NCBI GenBank assembly: GCA_027334565.1
Contig: DAHWUP010000002.1
Location: forward strand, 13,203-77,202
Length of the DNA: 64,000 bases
Direction of reading: 5' to 3'
DNA from: Candidatus Levyibacteriota bacterium
GTDB taxonomy: Bacteria > Patescibacteriota > Microgenomatia > Levybacterales > UBA12049
Shown here one piece after another: positions 30,088-41,727 of the stretch. A model generated the notes under the pieces. It did not search any database, was not told the origin of the DNA, and saw only the letters and a program-made list of their open reading frames with translations. The translations under genes and the position numbers were made by a program. How positions within the stretch are numbered: the stretch's first letter is position 1; every line of letters begins with the position of its first letter.

Positions 30088-30200
30088 CCGCCGCGCTTTA
30101 AATAATGATTAATTTAGCAGTGTAAAACATATGTTAGAACAATGGACAAAATAACCGACAAAAGTTTGTTTATCACTCTTATCTAAGCTATAATCCTCTC

Positions 30201-30728
30201 ATGCTTCAGATCAATTTTTATCCCGAATGCGATAATCCGGTCTTTGAAAAAGCCGCGGAAGAATACGGGCGTCTTTGGCACGAAGAAGAAGAAAGAATTG
30301 TTGCAACAATTGAGGAAGTAAGCGGATTAAAATTCAGGGAAACAATCATAAACGCAATTGTTTACGACAGATCCTCTTATTCAAAACCACTTAGCCTGGA
30401 AGCAAAACTTTCTAAAGATGATAAGAAAGAAGCATTGATTCATGAAATCTGTCATCGGTTACTGCTGGGCAATAAAATAAGGTGGGAAAAATTAAAAGGC
30501 AAACACGCTTCCTACTTGATATCCCATAAACCCTTGGATTTAATTCTATATGACATTCTTGTAAAACTATACGGAAAAAACTTTGCCAAAAAAAGTGTAG
30601 AAACCGAAATAAATGAATGGCAGAAATGGGGCGGGATCGGTGTAAGTCCTTATAAATTGGCCTGGGACTGGGCGCTGGCAATGAGCGGAGAAGACAGGCA
30701 AAGGGAATTCAAAAAATATTTGTTATAG
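30201..30728 (+). CDS. HExxH zinc-metalloprotease-like protein
   Basis: LIHEICHRLL; TATAAT 6 nt before ATG. Confidence 0.65.
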   Translation: MLQINFYPECDNPVFEKAAEEYGRLWHEEEERIVATIEEVSGLKFRETIINAIVYDRSSYSKPLSLEAKLSKDDKKEALIHEICHRLLLGNKIRWEKLKGKHASYLISHKPLDLILYDILVKLYGKNFAKKSVETEINEWQKWGGIGVSPYKLAWDWALAMSGEDRQREFKKYLL

Positions 30729-30756
30729 ATATAGTATAGTAATTAATACGGAGGTA

Positions 30757-30785
30757 TTGACATTTTTATAGACCTCTAGTATAAT
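30757..30785 (+). promoter_or_regulatory. consensus sigma70 promoter, probably leaderless
   Basis: TTGACA 30757-30762, 17 bp, TATAAT 30780-30785, ATG 30792. Confidence 0.8.
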
Positions 30786-30791
30786 GTACGC

Positions 30792-31238
30792 ATGAAATTT
30801 TTTGAGAGACGGATTCCTGGAAGGGCGCAGGCGATAGCGGAGGAAATTGCGATATCCGAAGCTGTCCAGCCGGCACAACCGATTTACGTCTGGAAAGATG
30901 AAAGAAGCGAAGAGGAAGAAGAGCAACTACGACTGGCCGCTCTTAACCACAGTTATGCCTCAACATTGATTGGCGAATTAAACGGACACCCACAGGTTGA
31001 AGTCGAAAATCCGGACTCCTGGTATCCTAATGTATATATCCATGACGAACGCTTTCCCGATGACGTTCATTACCGCATCGGATTTGTAGGCAGGTTAGAC
31101 GGGGGAGTTACCATCGGACACATTGATTTAAACCGAAGACAGGCTATAGACCCTCAACTGGTAACAAACGCGTTCAATCAGGCGCGTGAAACAGCCGAAC
31201 CGATCTTCGGAAAACTTCGATTAGACGCTAATCGATAA
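30792..31238 (+). CDS. hypothetical protein
   Basis: 148-aa ORF behind a consensus promoter. Confidence 0.7.
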   Translation: MKFFERRIPGRAQAIAEEIAISEAVQPAQPIYVWKDERSEEEEEQLRLAALNHSYASTLIGELNGHPQVEVENPDSWYPNVYIHDERFPDDVHYRIGFVGRLDGGVTIGHIDLNRRQAIDPQLVTNAFNQARETAEPIFGKLRLDANR

Positions 31239-31304
31239 ATAGACCGTAAAAAACACCCCTACACAACAATTATTTAAAACACAAAATGATATAATACTCA
31301 CTTA

Positions 31305-31634
31305 ATGTTAAGCGAAAGTGAACCAACGCTAAGATTGATACGGGGTGGCGTCAGCGGTTTGGAAAATGAACTTACCAACGGCCTATATTCCGTCAAGGTG
31401 GTCAGATCGCCGCTTGGCCGGACCGTAAGCGATACCGGCACAACCATTATCGGTAGGAGTCAGGGAGTTTCAATAACCGTAGAAACGGACGGTAAAACAG
31501 TCCACGAAGAACGGGTTTATCCGGTCTTTACAAGCATAAGAGACAGATTCGGTATCGAAGTTAAAAAACCGTTTTATGACGAAAGAATTGTACTGGCACA
31601 AAACAGAGCGGTACGGATTGCCTCGAAACTTTAG
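31305..31634 (+). CDS. hypothetical protein
   Basis: 109-aa ORF; TGaTATAAT 9 nt upstream. Confidence 0.65.
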   Translation: MLSESEPTLRLIRGGVSGLENELTNGLYSVKVVRSPLGRTVSDTGTTIIGRSQGVSITVETDGKTVHEERVYPVFTSIRDRFGIEVKKPFYDERIVLAQNRAVRIASKL

Positions 31635-31683
31635 TTCTTACCCTGATATTCTGCTTTGAAGTCAACGGTGATATAATAACTCC

Positions 31684-31797
31684 ATGCCAGAGCAAGGGGT
31701 CGAAAGATCAAGGGGACCTGCGTTTTTGGAAAGAATCGAATATGCTTTTGTTCATCTGATCTTGGAAAGGACCGTTAAGTTTCATGGCAAATTTTGA
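31684..31797 (+). CDS. hypothetical 37-aa ORF (possibly 5' part of a frameshifted gene)
   Basis: MPEQGVERSRGPAFLERIEYAFVHLILERTVKFHGKF*; TGaTATAAT 6 nt upstream. Confidence 0.45.
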   Translation: MPEQGVERSRGPAFLERIEYAFVHLILERTVKFHGKF

Positions 31798-32011
31798 ATC
31801 CGAAAACAAAATCACTTTAAGAAATGTGGGCAACAAAAACTTACAAGAGGCGTATAGAGCTGTCGCTTCGGTTCTCCTGAAAGAACTCCCTCATGCAAAA
31901 TTCTTTAGAGAAGGGCTTGATGACGCCGATGTCAGAAATTCCGAGCTTGGAATATGGGCGATACAAAAAGCCGGAAATTTCGGTTCTTCCCGTACCGGAG
32001 TAATTTCGTAA
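31784..32011 (+). CDS. hypothetical protein
   Basis: 75-aa ORF overlapping the previous one by 14 nt. Confidence 0.5.
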   Translation: MANFESENKITLRNVGNKNLQEAYRAVASVLLKELPHAKFFREGLDDADVRNSELGIWAIQKAGNFGSSRTGVIS

Positions 32012-32053
32012 CGCAAATTTGGTTTTGTAATCTGTCTTCGCTATAATCCGCAT

Positions 32054-32599
32054 ATGCAAACTTATGAAGTCGAATTAAGAGCATTTATTTCCAAAACGCA
32101 ATACACGAATCTTCTTAAAAAATTCGGTTCGCTATCAAAAGGAGAACAGGATAATGCTCGTACCTACACTTTTGTGACATCGGATATCAACATAAAGGTC
32201 AAAAACCTGATTTCAAGGAAAAAGGCGAAAATCACCGTCAAAAATGGCGCTGAGTACAGACAGGACGTCAAAGAAACGGAGCTTGAAATCGATCCCAAAA
32301 ATGTTTTAAAAGCCGTTGAGTTAGTCAAGGCCATCACGGGATTCAAACAATTCATACCGAGTTTTCAAAAACGCATCAACTTTATGATCAACGGCATTGC
32401 AGTTTCCGTAAAAAACGACACACACTGGAAATATCACGTCGAGGCCGAAATACTGGTAAAAAACAAAAAGGAAATTCCTGCCGCTAAAAAGAAGTTGAGA
32501 AAGTTTTTTGAAGGATACGGACTTAAACCCGAAAGCGAAAAAAATTTAAGAAAAAAAATAAATCATTACATATCAAAGTATGGTTTTAAAAAAATATAG
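32054..32599 (+). CDS. CYTH/triphosphate tunnel metalloenzyme family protein
   Basis: N-terminal YEVELRA (ExExK/R), KITVK, ETELEI, KR, VEAEI. Confidence 0.75.
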   Translation: MQTYEVELRAFISKTQYTNLLKKFGSLSKGEQDNARTYTFVTSDINIKVKNLISRKKAKITVKNGAEYRQDVKETELEIDPKNVLKAVELVKAITGFKQFIPSFQKRINFMINGIAVSVKNDTHWKYHVEAEILVKNKKEIPAAKKKLRKFFEGYGLKPESEKNLRKKINHYISKYGFKKI

Positions 32600-32649
32600 C
32601 GCTTGAGAAATATTCGACAACCCTTGGCAACTGAGGTATAATTTCCGAC

Positions 32650-33099
32650 ATGGAAAGTGAAGCGCGCATCGTCGATGTTATCCAAACCCATGGGAAAATA
32701 CACGTTTATTCGACCGTAGACTATGGTGATGGAGAATCACATAGAAGCGAACCAACGCCTTACCCCTCGTTCGAAACAGCCGAACAGCAGCTCGGAAACG
32801 AAATCAAAGACTCCTCGGTAAAACAGGATATCTATCGCAATTTAAAAAAAGTTGAAGCGGCGGCTTTTGGATTGATAGTGTTAAAAGACCTGATTACAAC
32901 CCAGATGAGTAACAGAGCCGACACGGATTTAATTCCCATCATCTCGGTGGCCGGGATATTCGTATTTACCAATATTGTCGATGCATTCAACAGCAACCGA
33001 CTGGTTTCGTCAAGACAAGAATACGCTGCAGTGGTTGAAGCCAAGGATAAAAACCTAGTCCAATATGAAAGGGTCTTTCCGCTTTATGATGAAGAATAA
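32650..33099 (+). CDS. hypothetical membrane protein
   Basis: 149 aa, two hydrophobic segments; TATAAT 7 nt upstream. Confidence 0.65.
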   Translation: MESEARIVDVIQTHGKIHVYSTVDYGDGESHRSEPTPYPSFETAEQQLGNEIKDSSVKQDIYRNLKKVEAAAFGLIVLKDLITTQMSNRADTDLIPIISVAGIFVFTNIVDAFNSNRLVSSRQEYAAVVEAKDKNLVQYERVFPLYDEE

Positions 33100-33186
33100 A
33101 TTACCAATCGGGAAAAGTACCCCCGTAATATTTGAAATTTAAACAGTTTATTTGATATTTTTTATTTTTTTGCTACAATTTGCGTC

Positions 33187-33630
33187 ATGGCTTTACTTGA
33201 AGCGGGCAGATTCAAAGAACAACCTATCCCCATAGTAACCGACAGAGAACGGGAAATTCCCCATGACCTTATCGATCCTGATTACTCCGACAAAAGATTC
33301 GTAGAATCGAGCGCGGCAACCACAGTCTTTTTGGATCCCGGATCCCGGACGGTGACCAGTATGGGCTTGGAATTCGTTCCCGGCGCCCACTACGAATATG
33401 ACGACAGACTGTTGCAGAAAAACCACGAAGCTTATCAGAAAGCCTGGGAAAAGGCTTCCGAGCTGACAGACGGAACCAGAAATGCCCGCTTTTATGAGGA
33501 ATTTCTAAGGACTTTATATCAAAATCCCCATACGAAACTGGTACATATCTTAACTGGTATCAACCGGGGCAACGGTTTTTCGTACCGGGCTTTTGGAACA
33601 ATAGATACATCGATACAGCCCCAACAATAA
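33187..33630 (+). CDS. hypothetical protein
   Basis: 147 aa; TGcTACAAT 7 nt upstream. Confidence 0.7.
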   Translation: MALLEAGRFKEQPIPIVTDREREIPHDLIDPDYSDKRFVESSAATTVFLDPGSRTVTSMGLEFVPGAHYEYDDRLLQKNHEAYQKAWEKASELTDGTRNARFYEEFLRTLYQNPHTKLVHILTGINRGNGFSYRAFGTIDTSIQPQQ

Positions 33631-33731
33631 ATAATTACGGTAATATTTTGAAGATGGAAAAACCTATGTTTTAGAAAAAAATTTTGGCCGGAAAAGTTGG
33701 CAGGATAAAAAATAAACCGGTTTTTATCGAC

Positions 33732-34484
33732 TTAAGAGGGTTTAAAGTGATCTTTCCAGTCTTTTGGCCCAAACTGCCCGAACGGACGGCCGGTAAGATG
33801 GGCCAACATCTCTTCTTCGCTTACGCCCATCGCCTGAAGCTGTCCGACCCTATGCTTTGCCAAATGATGAAGTTTGCCGGGATCTTCACCCTCCATCCAA
33901 TAGTCATCAACGTCCAAATAATACTTCATAAAAAGTGCGGCAAAGGCGTCCGCTTTCATCTCTTCGAATATGGTTTCCTCAATGTGCTCTCCCAGCGAAT
34001 GTCCGTATTCGTGGGCCAGAATCTCCATAACATCTTCATGTTCGACCTGGGTGGTATCTTTGCCGAACCCCAATCTTATCCTGAATCCTACCGGCAACCT
34101 GGTCAAGTCACCGGCAATTCCGTTAAGTATATAGGGGCCGTATTTTCTGACCAAAGCCAGCTGATCTTCGGGAAGCTTGGGTATCATTTTACTTGCGGGA
34201 ATAAAATATATTTCGCGGTCGTCTAAGGGAAGCTCCACACCGGTGAGCCCGCTTATCTGTCCGATCGTATCCCTGTACTCGGCGATGACATTCCTTCTTG
34301 ACCAGGGTCTTATTCCTTCCACGATTTCTTCTTGGGAATCGGTGGTCTGATTGTTGTTTAAAACCTCATCATTAGAATCGTTGATAACATCCATTCCTCT
34401 TTTCCTAAACAAGGAAAAGGTCCTCGGGCTTCTTGGAGCCCTCGGCGCTGTAAATTTAACGCCTTCGAAATATCTTTCTTTCAT
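33732..34484 (-). CDS. HExxH metallopeptidase-like protein
   Basis: ILAHEYGHSL...FEEMKADAF (gluzincin-like third ligand); TATAAT 8 nt upstream. Confidence 0.7.
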   Translation of the reverse strand: MKERYFEGVKFTAPRAPRSPRTFSLFRKRGMDVINDSNDEVLNNNQTTDSQEEIVEGIRPWSRRNVIAEYRDTIGQISGLTGVELPLDDREIYFIPASKMIPKLPEDQLALVRKYGPYILNGIAGDLTRLPVGFRIRLGFGKDTTQVEHEDVMEILAHEYGHSLGEHIEETIFEEMKADAFAALFMKYYLDVDDYWMEGEDPGKLHHLAKHRVGQLQAMGVSEEEMLAHLTGRPFGQFGPKDWKDHFKPS

Positions 34485-34585
34485 AAATGCGAATTATAGC
34501 GCATTTTCGGGCAAAATTAAAACTTAGAATTGTTTGCATTTTACGGTTCCAAAGAGTATAAAAATAATATATCAGATAAAATCAC

Positions 34586-36031
34586 ATGTTTGGTTCATTT
34601 AATAAATGGTTTAATAAACCAAGAACTAACCAGTTAGGGTTTTTAATCATATTTTTCTTCTTTTTAATTTACCTGACCTTGTCCCTGGTAACCCATTTTC
34701 ATTTTTTATCCGGATATGACCTTGCGATAGTTAACCAATATGTTTATGAGTGGTCGCATTTTAAAATTCCCGTATCAACGGTAAGCGCTTATCCGTTTTT
34801 GCCTTTTTATACCGACCATATCGAACTCATATTCATGCTTCTTTCTCCTTTTTACTGGATTTATCCCAACGCCGTCACTTTGCTTGTTTTGCAGGCCTTT
34901 TTTATGGCGCTTTCCGGTATCGCCGTTTTGTTTCTTTGCCAAAGATACAAGATCAATTCGTTTCTTACCTTGTCCATTTTGACCTCCTACCTGTCTTTTT
35001 ACGGCATCCAGTTCGCTGTTTATTACGATGCGCACAGTCTGGTTTTTGGGGCCGCATTCCTGGCTTTTTTTATATATTTTCTGGATAAAAATTCAAGATG
35101 GTCCATTTTGTTTTTTCTTCTAGCGGTTACGTCAAAAGAGGATATCGCGCTCCTGACGCTTTTGCTCTCTTTTATTGTTTTTGCCGTCAAAAGGACCAAG
35201 CTGAGTTTTTATTTCATGCTCGGTTCGGTACTTTACTTGATTATGATCTTTATGGTCATTTTCCCGCATCTTGCCCAAGGATTCGGGGCGCAAAAGCAAA
35301 AAAATATAAACTTCGACCCTAGAAACTTCGTCAATACCGGGACAAAAATCGAGGTGATAGGCTATTCGCTGGGGTGGTTCGGTTTGCTGCCCTTGTTTTT
35401 GCCTTTATATCTTATTCCGTTCTTAGGCGACCTGTTCCATTATTTTGTGCTGGGTGAAGCGGTATCAACCGCGCAGGGCTTTTACTATCATTACCGGGTG
35501 ACCATCGCCATCTTGCTCACCTATCCGACTATCTTGGTTATAAGCAAGTCAAAAATCCTTAACCGAAGATACACCGGCTTATATCTTCTTCTGTGTGCGC
35601 TACTTTTTACTTATTTGATCCACGCGCCATTTACTTACCTTGCAAAAAAATGGTTCTGGACAAAGCCCCGCTCGGCCGGTGAGATCACCAAAGTATTGGC
35701 GTATCTGCCGAACAACGCTTCGGTTGTAGCACAAAACAACATTACATCACATATTTCAAACCGGATGAATGTTTTTACTCTCTGGCCGGATAAAAGAACA
35801 TTCAAAACCGGTTCGCCCTGCCAAAAACCGGTCTGTGACTGGTTTAAGTGGTCCGGAAACCCGCAATATCTGGTCGTTGATACGTCTACCGCTTGGGATG
35901 CCCGCTTTTTTTTAACCGACAGGCAAAGTTTTATTTTAGGACTTGACAACATGGAAAAAGAAGGGATCATTAAAAAGTATGTACAGGCGGACACTTCGGT
36001 TTTGTATAAGATTCAAAAACCTCCGTATTGA
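34586..36031 (+). CDS. DUF2079-like polytopic membrane protein (GT-C-type glycosyltransferase candidate)
   Basis: GYDLAI..Q, DHIE, YDAH, KED motifs; many TM segments. Confidence 0.75.
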   Translation: MFGSFNKWFNKPRTNQLGFLIIFFFFLIYLTLSLVTHFHFLSGYDLAIVNQYVYEWSHFKIPVSTVSAYPFLPFYTDHIELIFMLLSPFYWIYPNAVTLLVLQAFFMALSGIAVLFLCQRYKINSFLTLSILTSYLSFYGIQFAVYYDAHSLVFGAAFLAFFIYFLDKNSRWSILFFLLAVTSKEDIALLTLLLSFIVFAVKRTKLSFYFMLGSVLYLIMIFMVIFPHLAQGFGAQKQKNINFDPRNFVNTGTKIEVIGYSLGWFGLLPLFLPLYLIPFLGDLFHYFVLGEAVSTAQGFYYHYRVTIAILLTYPTILVISKSKILNRRYTGLYLLLCALLFTYLIHAPFTYLAKKWFWTKPRSAGEITKVLAYLPNNASVVAQNNITSHISNRMNVFTLWPDKRTFKTGSPCQKPVCDWFKWSGNPQYLVVDTSTAWDARFFLTDRQSFILGLDNMEKEGIIKKYVQADTSVLYKIQKPPY

Positions 36032-36113
36032 TTTGGCTTTGTAAACGAAAAAGTTTGAGGGATTTAGCCGTTGGGCATATTGACAACGCCTTAACTATTT
36101 GTATAATCCTAAC

Positions 36114-36584
36114 ATGGCAGAGATATTAAGAAGAACTCTTGGTTCCGACCTCCACGAACCCTTACCCGGCTCACCCAAACCTCCGCGAATCGACGCGAAG
36201 CTGGAAAGATTATTCGAGAAAGCAGATTCGGCAGAAGCCGAAGGCCTTGAAGACACACCACGCAGGTTTCGTCTGGCTGCCGCAGGCGCATTGGAAAGAT
36301 ACGAGTCATTCCGTCCCGTAAATCCCGATGAGCAAGTTTTGCAGGCCGAATACGGAGATATGGCGCTAAGAGGTTATCTTGGGGCTGGTGATACCGAAGA
36401 AGCCGTAGACCTTGCGGAAAGATTAGCAAAATCGGCACCCAGTGCACATTATTTTGAAAGAGTAACAAAAAGACTGCAACTCGCAGATCCGAGTTTGTTA
36501 AACGAACTTTTAAGAAGAAGGGAAGCCGTGCGCCGTTCGTTTGAAGATTTCCATCTTACACTACATTCTAAACCCGTAAAATAA
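36114..36584 (+). CDS. hypothetical helical protein
   Basis: TTGACA(36080)-16-TATAAT(36102), 6 nt, ATG 36114. Confidence 0.7.
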   Translation: MAEILRRTLGSDLHEPLPGSPKPPRIDAKLERLFEKADSAEAEGLEDTPRRFRLAAAGALERYESFRPVNPDEQVLQAEYGDMALRGYLGAGDTEEAVDLAERLAKSAPSAHYFERVTKRLQLADPSLLNELLRRREAVRRSFEDFHLTLHSKPVK

Positions 36585-36630
36585 CTTCAAGCAAATTCGA
36601 ATCCAAAGCCGGAAGTGGTATAATTTTTTT

Positions 36631-37227
36631 GTGGCCAACGACCTGGTGAAACAAAGTTACGAAAAAGTAGCGAAAGACTATGTCTCAAAACGGGATCAGT
36701 TCAAAAGTTTAAAATATCTGGAACGGTTTTCGCAGCTGGTCAAACAGGGAGGTGCAATTCTGGACGTTGGCTGCGGCGCAGGCCTTCCCGTCGATAGATT
36801 TCTGATAAAAAAGGGTTTTTCCGTAAACGGATTGGATATTTCGCCAAAAATGGTAAAGCTTGCAAAGCGGAATGTCCCGCAGGCTTTTTTCGAAGTCAAA
36901 GACATGTCAGAACTTAATAAAGGAGAGTATCGCGTTGACGGAATCGTTTCTTTTTATGCCATATTCCACATTGGAAGAGAACAGCATCAGGATCTTTTGA
37001 AAAAATTTGCATCTTTCATGCCAAACGGAGGACCTATACTCGTGACAATGGGGGCAGAAGAATGGGAGGGGACGGAAGAAAACTTCCATGGAGAAAAAAT
37101 GTTCTGGAGTTTCTACGGAAAAGAGAAAAACAGAAAACTTTTGGAAAACGCGGGATTTAAAATTTTATCGGATGAAATCGATACTTCTGGCAACGAAAGA
37201 CACCAGATAATTATTGCCAAAATTTAA
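36631..37227 (+). CDS. class I SAM-dependent methyltransferase
   Basis: ILDVGCGAG, GLDISPKM, SFYAIFHI. Confidence 0.92.
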   Translation: MANDLVKQSYEKVAKDYVSKRDQFKSLKYLERFSQLVKQGGAILDVGCGAGLPVDRFLIKKGFSVNGLDISPKMVKLAKRNVPQAFFEVKDMSELNKGEYRVDGIVSFYAIFHIGREQHQDLLKKFASFMPNGGPILVTMGAEEWEGTEENFHGEKMFWSFYGKEKNRKLLENAGFKILSDEIDTSGNERHQIIIAKI

Positions 37228-37265
37228 TCTCCGAGGCTGAAAGTGTTATAATTAAAAAAGCTTCC

Positions 37266-38003
37266 ATGAGACGGAGGAAAATTAAACAAACTACTAAATC
37301 CTCGATAAAAGCCGGCGTAAATATTGTTCTCTTGGCATTATTAATTTTAATATTTATTTTTTACCTTGTATTTACTTACCAAAAACAAATATTTGGGATT
37401 GCTGGAATTTCAAACAGCAAAACTGACAATTTTACTCAAAAGATAGAAGACTTAAAATTTATATCACCGTCTCCAACTAGAACCCCAACACCGACACCGA
37501 CACCAATAATTAACAACTACCAAAATAATGGACAGACAAATAATCTTAATGCACAATGGGGCGTTGCTAAACAAACGGGTTCGGATACTTGGTCGCAACA
37601 AATAGGTTGTGATAACAAAATGGGCACACCTGATGATGTTTTTCAGGCGTTAAATAATTATAGGCACGTACACAACGTTGGTGGGCTAACTTGGAATGAT
37701 AATTTGGCTGCGGAAGCACAATCCAGAGCGGATTATTTTAATTCGATTGGTAAAATTGATGATCACGTTGGACTAAATGATTTTCTAAATAACCAAAACG
37801 GATTTAATAAATTAGGATTTGGATACGTTGGAGAAAATTCTTCATTGGGACAATGTCCATTACTAGGAGTCCACATAATCGAATGGATTTTTGCTTCAGA
37901 TCAACCTCATAACGCAAATCAATTAAATCGCGATTGGGGTTATGTTGGAGTAGGTGTAAGTGGTTATGCTGTTGATTTAATCTTCGGCGCAGATAAATAT
38001 TAA
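37266..38003 (+). CDS. membrane-anchored CAP/SCP domain protein with PT linker
   Basis: TM, PTPTPTP, LNNYR, LAAEAQSRA, GEN, H..N, VGVG. Confidence 0.85.
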   Translation: MRRRKIKQTTKSSIKAGVNIVLLALLILIFIFYLVFTYQKQIFGIAGISNSKTDNFTQKIEDLKFISPSPTRTPTPTPTPIINNYQNNGQTNNLNAQWGVAKQTGSDTWSQQIGCDNKMGTPDDVFQALNNYRHVHNVGGLTWNDNLAAEAQSRADYFNSIGKIDDHVGLNDFLNNQNGFNKLGFGYVGENSSLGQCPLLGVHIIEWIFASDQPHNANQLNRDWGYVGVGVSGYAVDLIFGADKY

Positions 38004-38030
38004 CTAATCTGAAAATGCTATAATCCAGTC

Positions 38031-38507
38031 GTGGAGACAAAACGGTGGATTAATTTTTTAAAAAGGATTCCTAGCATCTTAAAGCAACTTGCTTCTTTAA
38101 CTAATGGGCGAATGTGGTTGGACGCGGAAAGGAATTTTTTTGAATACAATAAATCAATAATAACACTTGCATCATCTGCCTTAGTATTATCATTTACTGC
38201 AGCTAAAATTAGTAATTTACACACCAACCTAATAACACTTGCAATAAGTTGGGTTGGTTTTATTATAACCATATTTTTCGGACTATCAATCCAGCTAATG
38301 AACTTTCTCTATTCTCTTGCTGAAAGCAATATCCATAAGCTTTCAGAAGATAAAGTGTTTAAGTCAGAAAACCTTAAGAATCCAGAGGTTGGATTTTACT
38401 GGGAAGCTAGAATTGTTATGTTTTGGATATCAATTTTTGAAATGTTTTTATTTATTTTATCATTAGTTTTTTTAATGATATCAGCGTTCCTTACAATCAG
38501 TTATTAA
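38031..38507 (+). CDS. hypothetical membrane protein
   Basis: 3 TM segments; TATAAT 6 nt before GTG. Confidence 0.7.
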   Translation: METKRWINFLKRIPSILKQLASLTNGRMWLDAERNFFEYNKSIITLASSALVLSFTAAKISNLHTNLITLAISWVGFIITIFFGLSIQLMNFLYSLAESNIHKLSEDKVFKSENLKNPEVGFYWEARIVMFWISIFEMFLFILSLVFLMISAFLTISY

Positions 38508-38613
38508 AATGATTATGGATGCGGAAATAACCACCAGAAAATTAGTTCTTCGAGGAACGATCAGGTAAAAACAATTGAAATAAAATTCTCATTGAGTATA
38601 ATAGACAACTATT

Positions 38614-38952
38614 ATGCCTCCGTATGAGTGCCCGGAGAGGGGCGCAAGATTCAACGCAAGGTTTATAAGAATCGGCGAAAAACTTTACTCGGGAAAAAAT
38701 ATACATGAAACCCACGGCCATATCGCGGAAATGGACCATCTTAAACAGGCGATCGGGGACTTAAAACGTGTAAATTCAGCCGAAGTGGACGGAGGAATAT
38801 ATCATGCAACAAGTGACGGTCAGATACTGATAATCGGAAATTCCGCGACATTTGATATTCCCGTTAGTGGTGTTAAGAGGCTTGCGCGCGAACTGACAAA
38901 GGAAGCATTTCAGGCGCAAAGCCCCGGCCGCGAGGTAATTATCATTAAATAA
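38614..38952 (+). CDS. hypothetical protein
   Basis: 112-aa ORF; TATAAT 11 nt upstream. Confidence 0.6.
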   Translation: MPPYECPERGARFNARFIRIGEKLYSGKNIHETHGHIAEMDHLKQAIGDLKRVNSAEVDGGIYHATSDGQILIIGNSATFDIPVSGVKRLARELTKEAFQAQSPGREVIIIK

Positions 38953-38998
38953 ATTCAATTTGGGCGCTGGAAATTTACCGTTCGGTTTGTTAAAATAG

Positions 38999-40975
<1,977 letters not shown>

Positions 40976-40992
40976 CTGATATAATTAATGGC

Positions 40993-41727
40993 ATGTTCTA
41001 CAATGCTCATGCTTATGTCGCAGGGAAAATCTTTGGTTCCGACGACAAGCTTTTGCTGACCGGTAGTTTTCTTCCCGATATCGCAGTACTTAAAATTATC
41101 GACTGGGACAAAAGCGGCATGCACGGAAGGGAAGCCGCTAAAAGATTTAAGGATTACATTGAAAAACATCACTCCGACTACCTTAGCCTTGCCAAAGGTG
41201 TTATCGCGCATAATATTCTTGATGATTTCAGCCATTTCGATTATAACGGCGGCAAGGGCTATGCCTACATCAATAACAAAGAACTGGTAAAAAAAACTTC
41301 CCAATATTATGGAGACGACGGAAAATTAGGCCTTCGCAAAGCTCATAATTTTATCGAATCCGCCGTTGATATCCTGTTACTTCAGAAACAGAGCGACATC
41401 TATACGAAAATCGTTGACGCAACCGAAAAGGTGGATAAAAACGCACTGGCTAAGGTCGTCGGAGAATTCTTTGGCATCGACGAATCGAAAACAGAGCAAA
41501 CCTTAACCGAATATTTTGCACTGATCAACTCGCATGATCTTTGTAATAAGAATAACTGGATTTTTCTATGGCAGAAGCTAAATAAGCTGATGGGACTTAG
41601 AAATCTTGAGGATAAACAGATACTCGATCTTCTCGATACGGGAATTGCCTCGGTAACCCCGACCTTTACCCAATTTATGGATTTTGCGCTTACGGAAGGC
41701 ACAAAGAGAAAAGATGCTTATGTTTAA
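40993..41727 (+). CDS. zinc-dependent phospholipase C/P1-like metal-binding protein
   Basis: N-terminal H, GSFLPD, H..LDDFSH, HNFIE..VD ligand pattern. Confidence 0.55.
   Translation: MFYNAHAYVAGKIFGSDDKLLLTGSFLPDIAVLKIIDWDKSGMHGREAAKRFKDYIEKHHSDYLSLAKGVIAHNILDDFSHFDYNGGKGYAYINNKELVKKTSQYYGDDGKLGLRKAHNFIESAVDILLLQKQSDIYTKIVDATEKVDKNALAKVVGEFFGIDESKTEQTLTEYFALINSHDLCNKNNWIFLWQKLNKLMGLRNLEDKQILDLLDTGIASVTPTFTQFMDFALTEGTKRKDAYV

Noticed and set aside
33684-34226. 180-aa plus-strand ORF
   Set aside because: Antisense shadow of the HExxH gene 33732-34484, which has a promoter and motif; the other antisense ORFs inside core genes were dismissed likewise.
28037-38952. Integron or prophage
   Set aside because: No attC-like repeats, IntI, phage structural or replication genes; the only tyrosine recombinase is a chromosomal Xer type 14 kb away.
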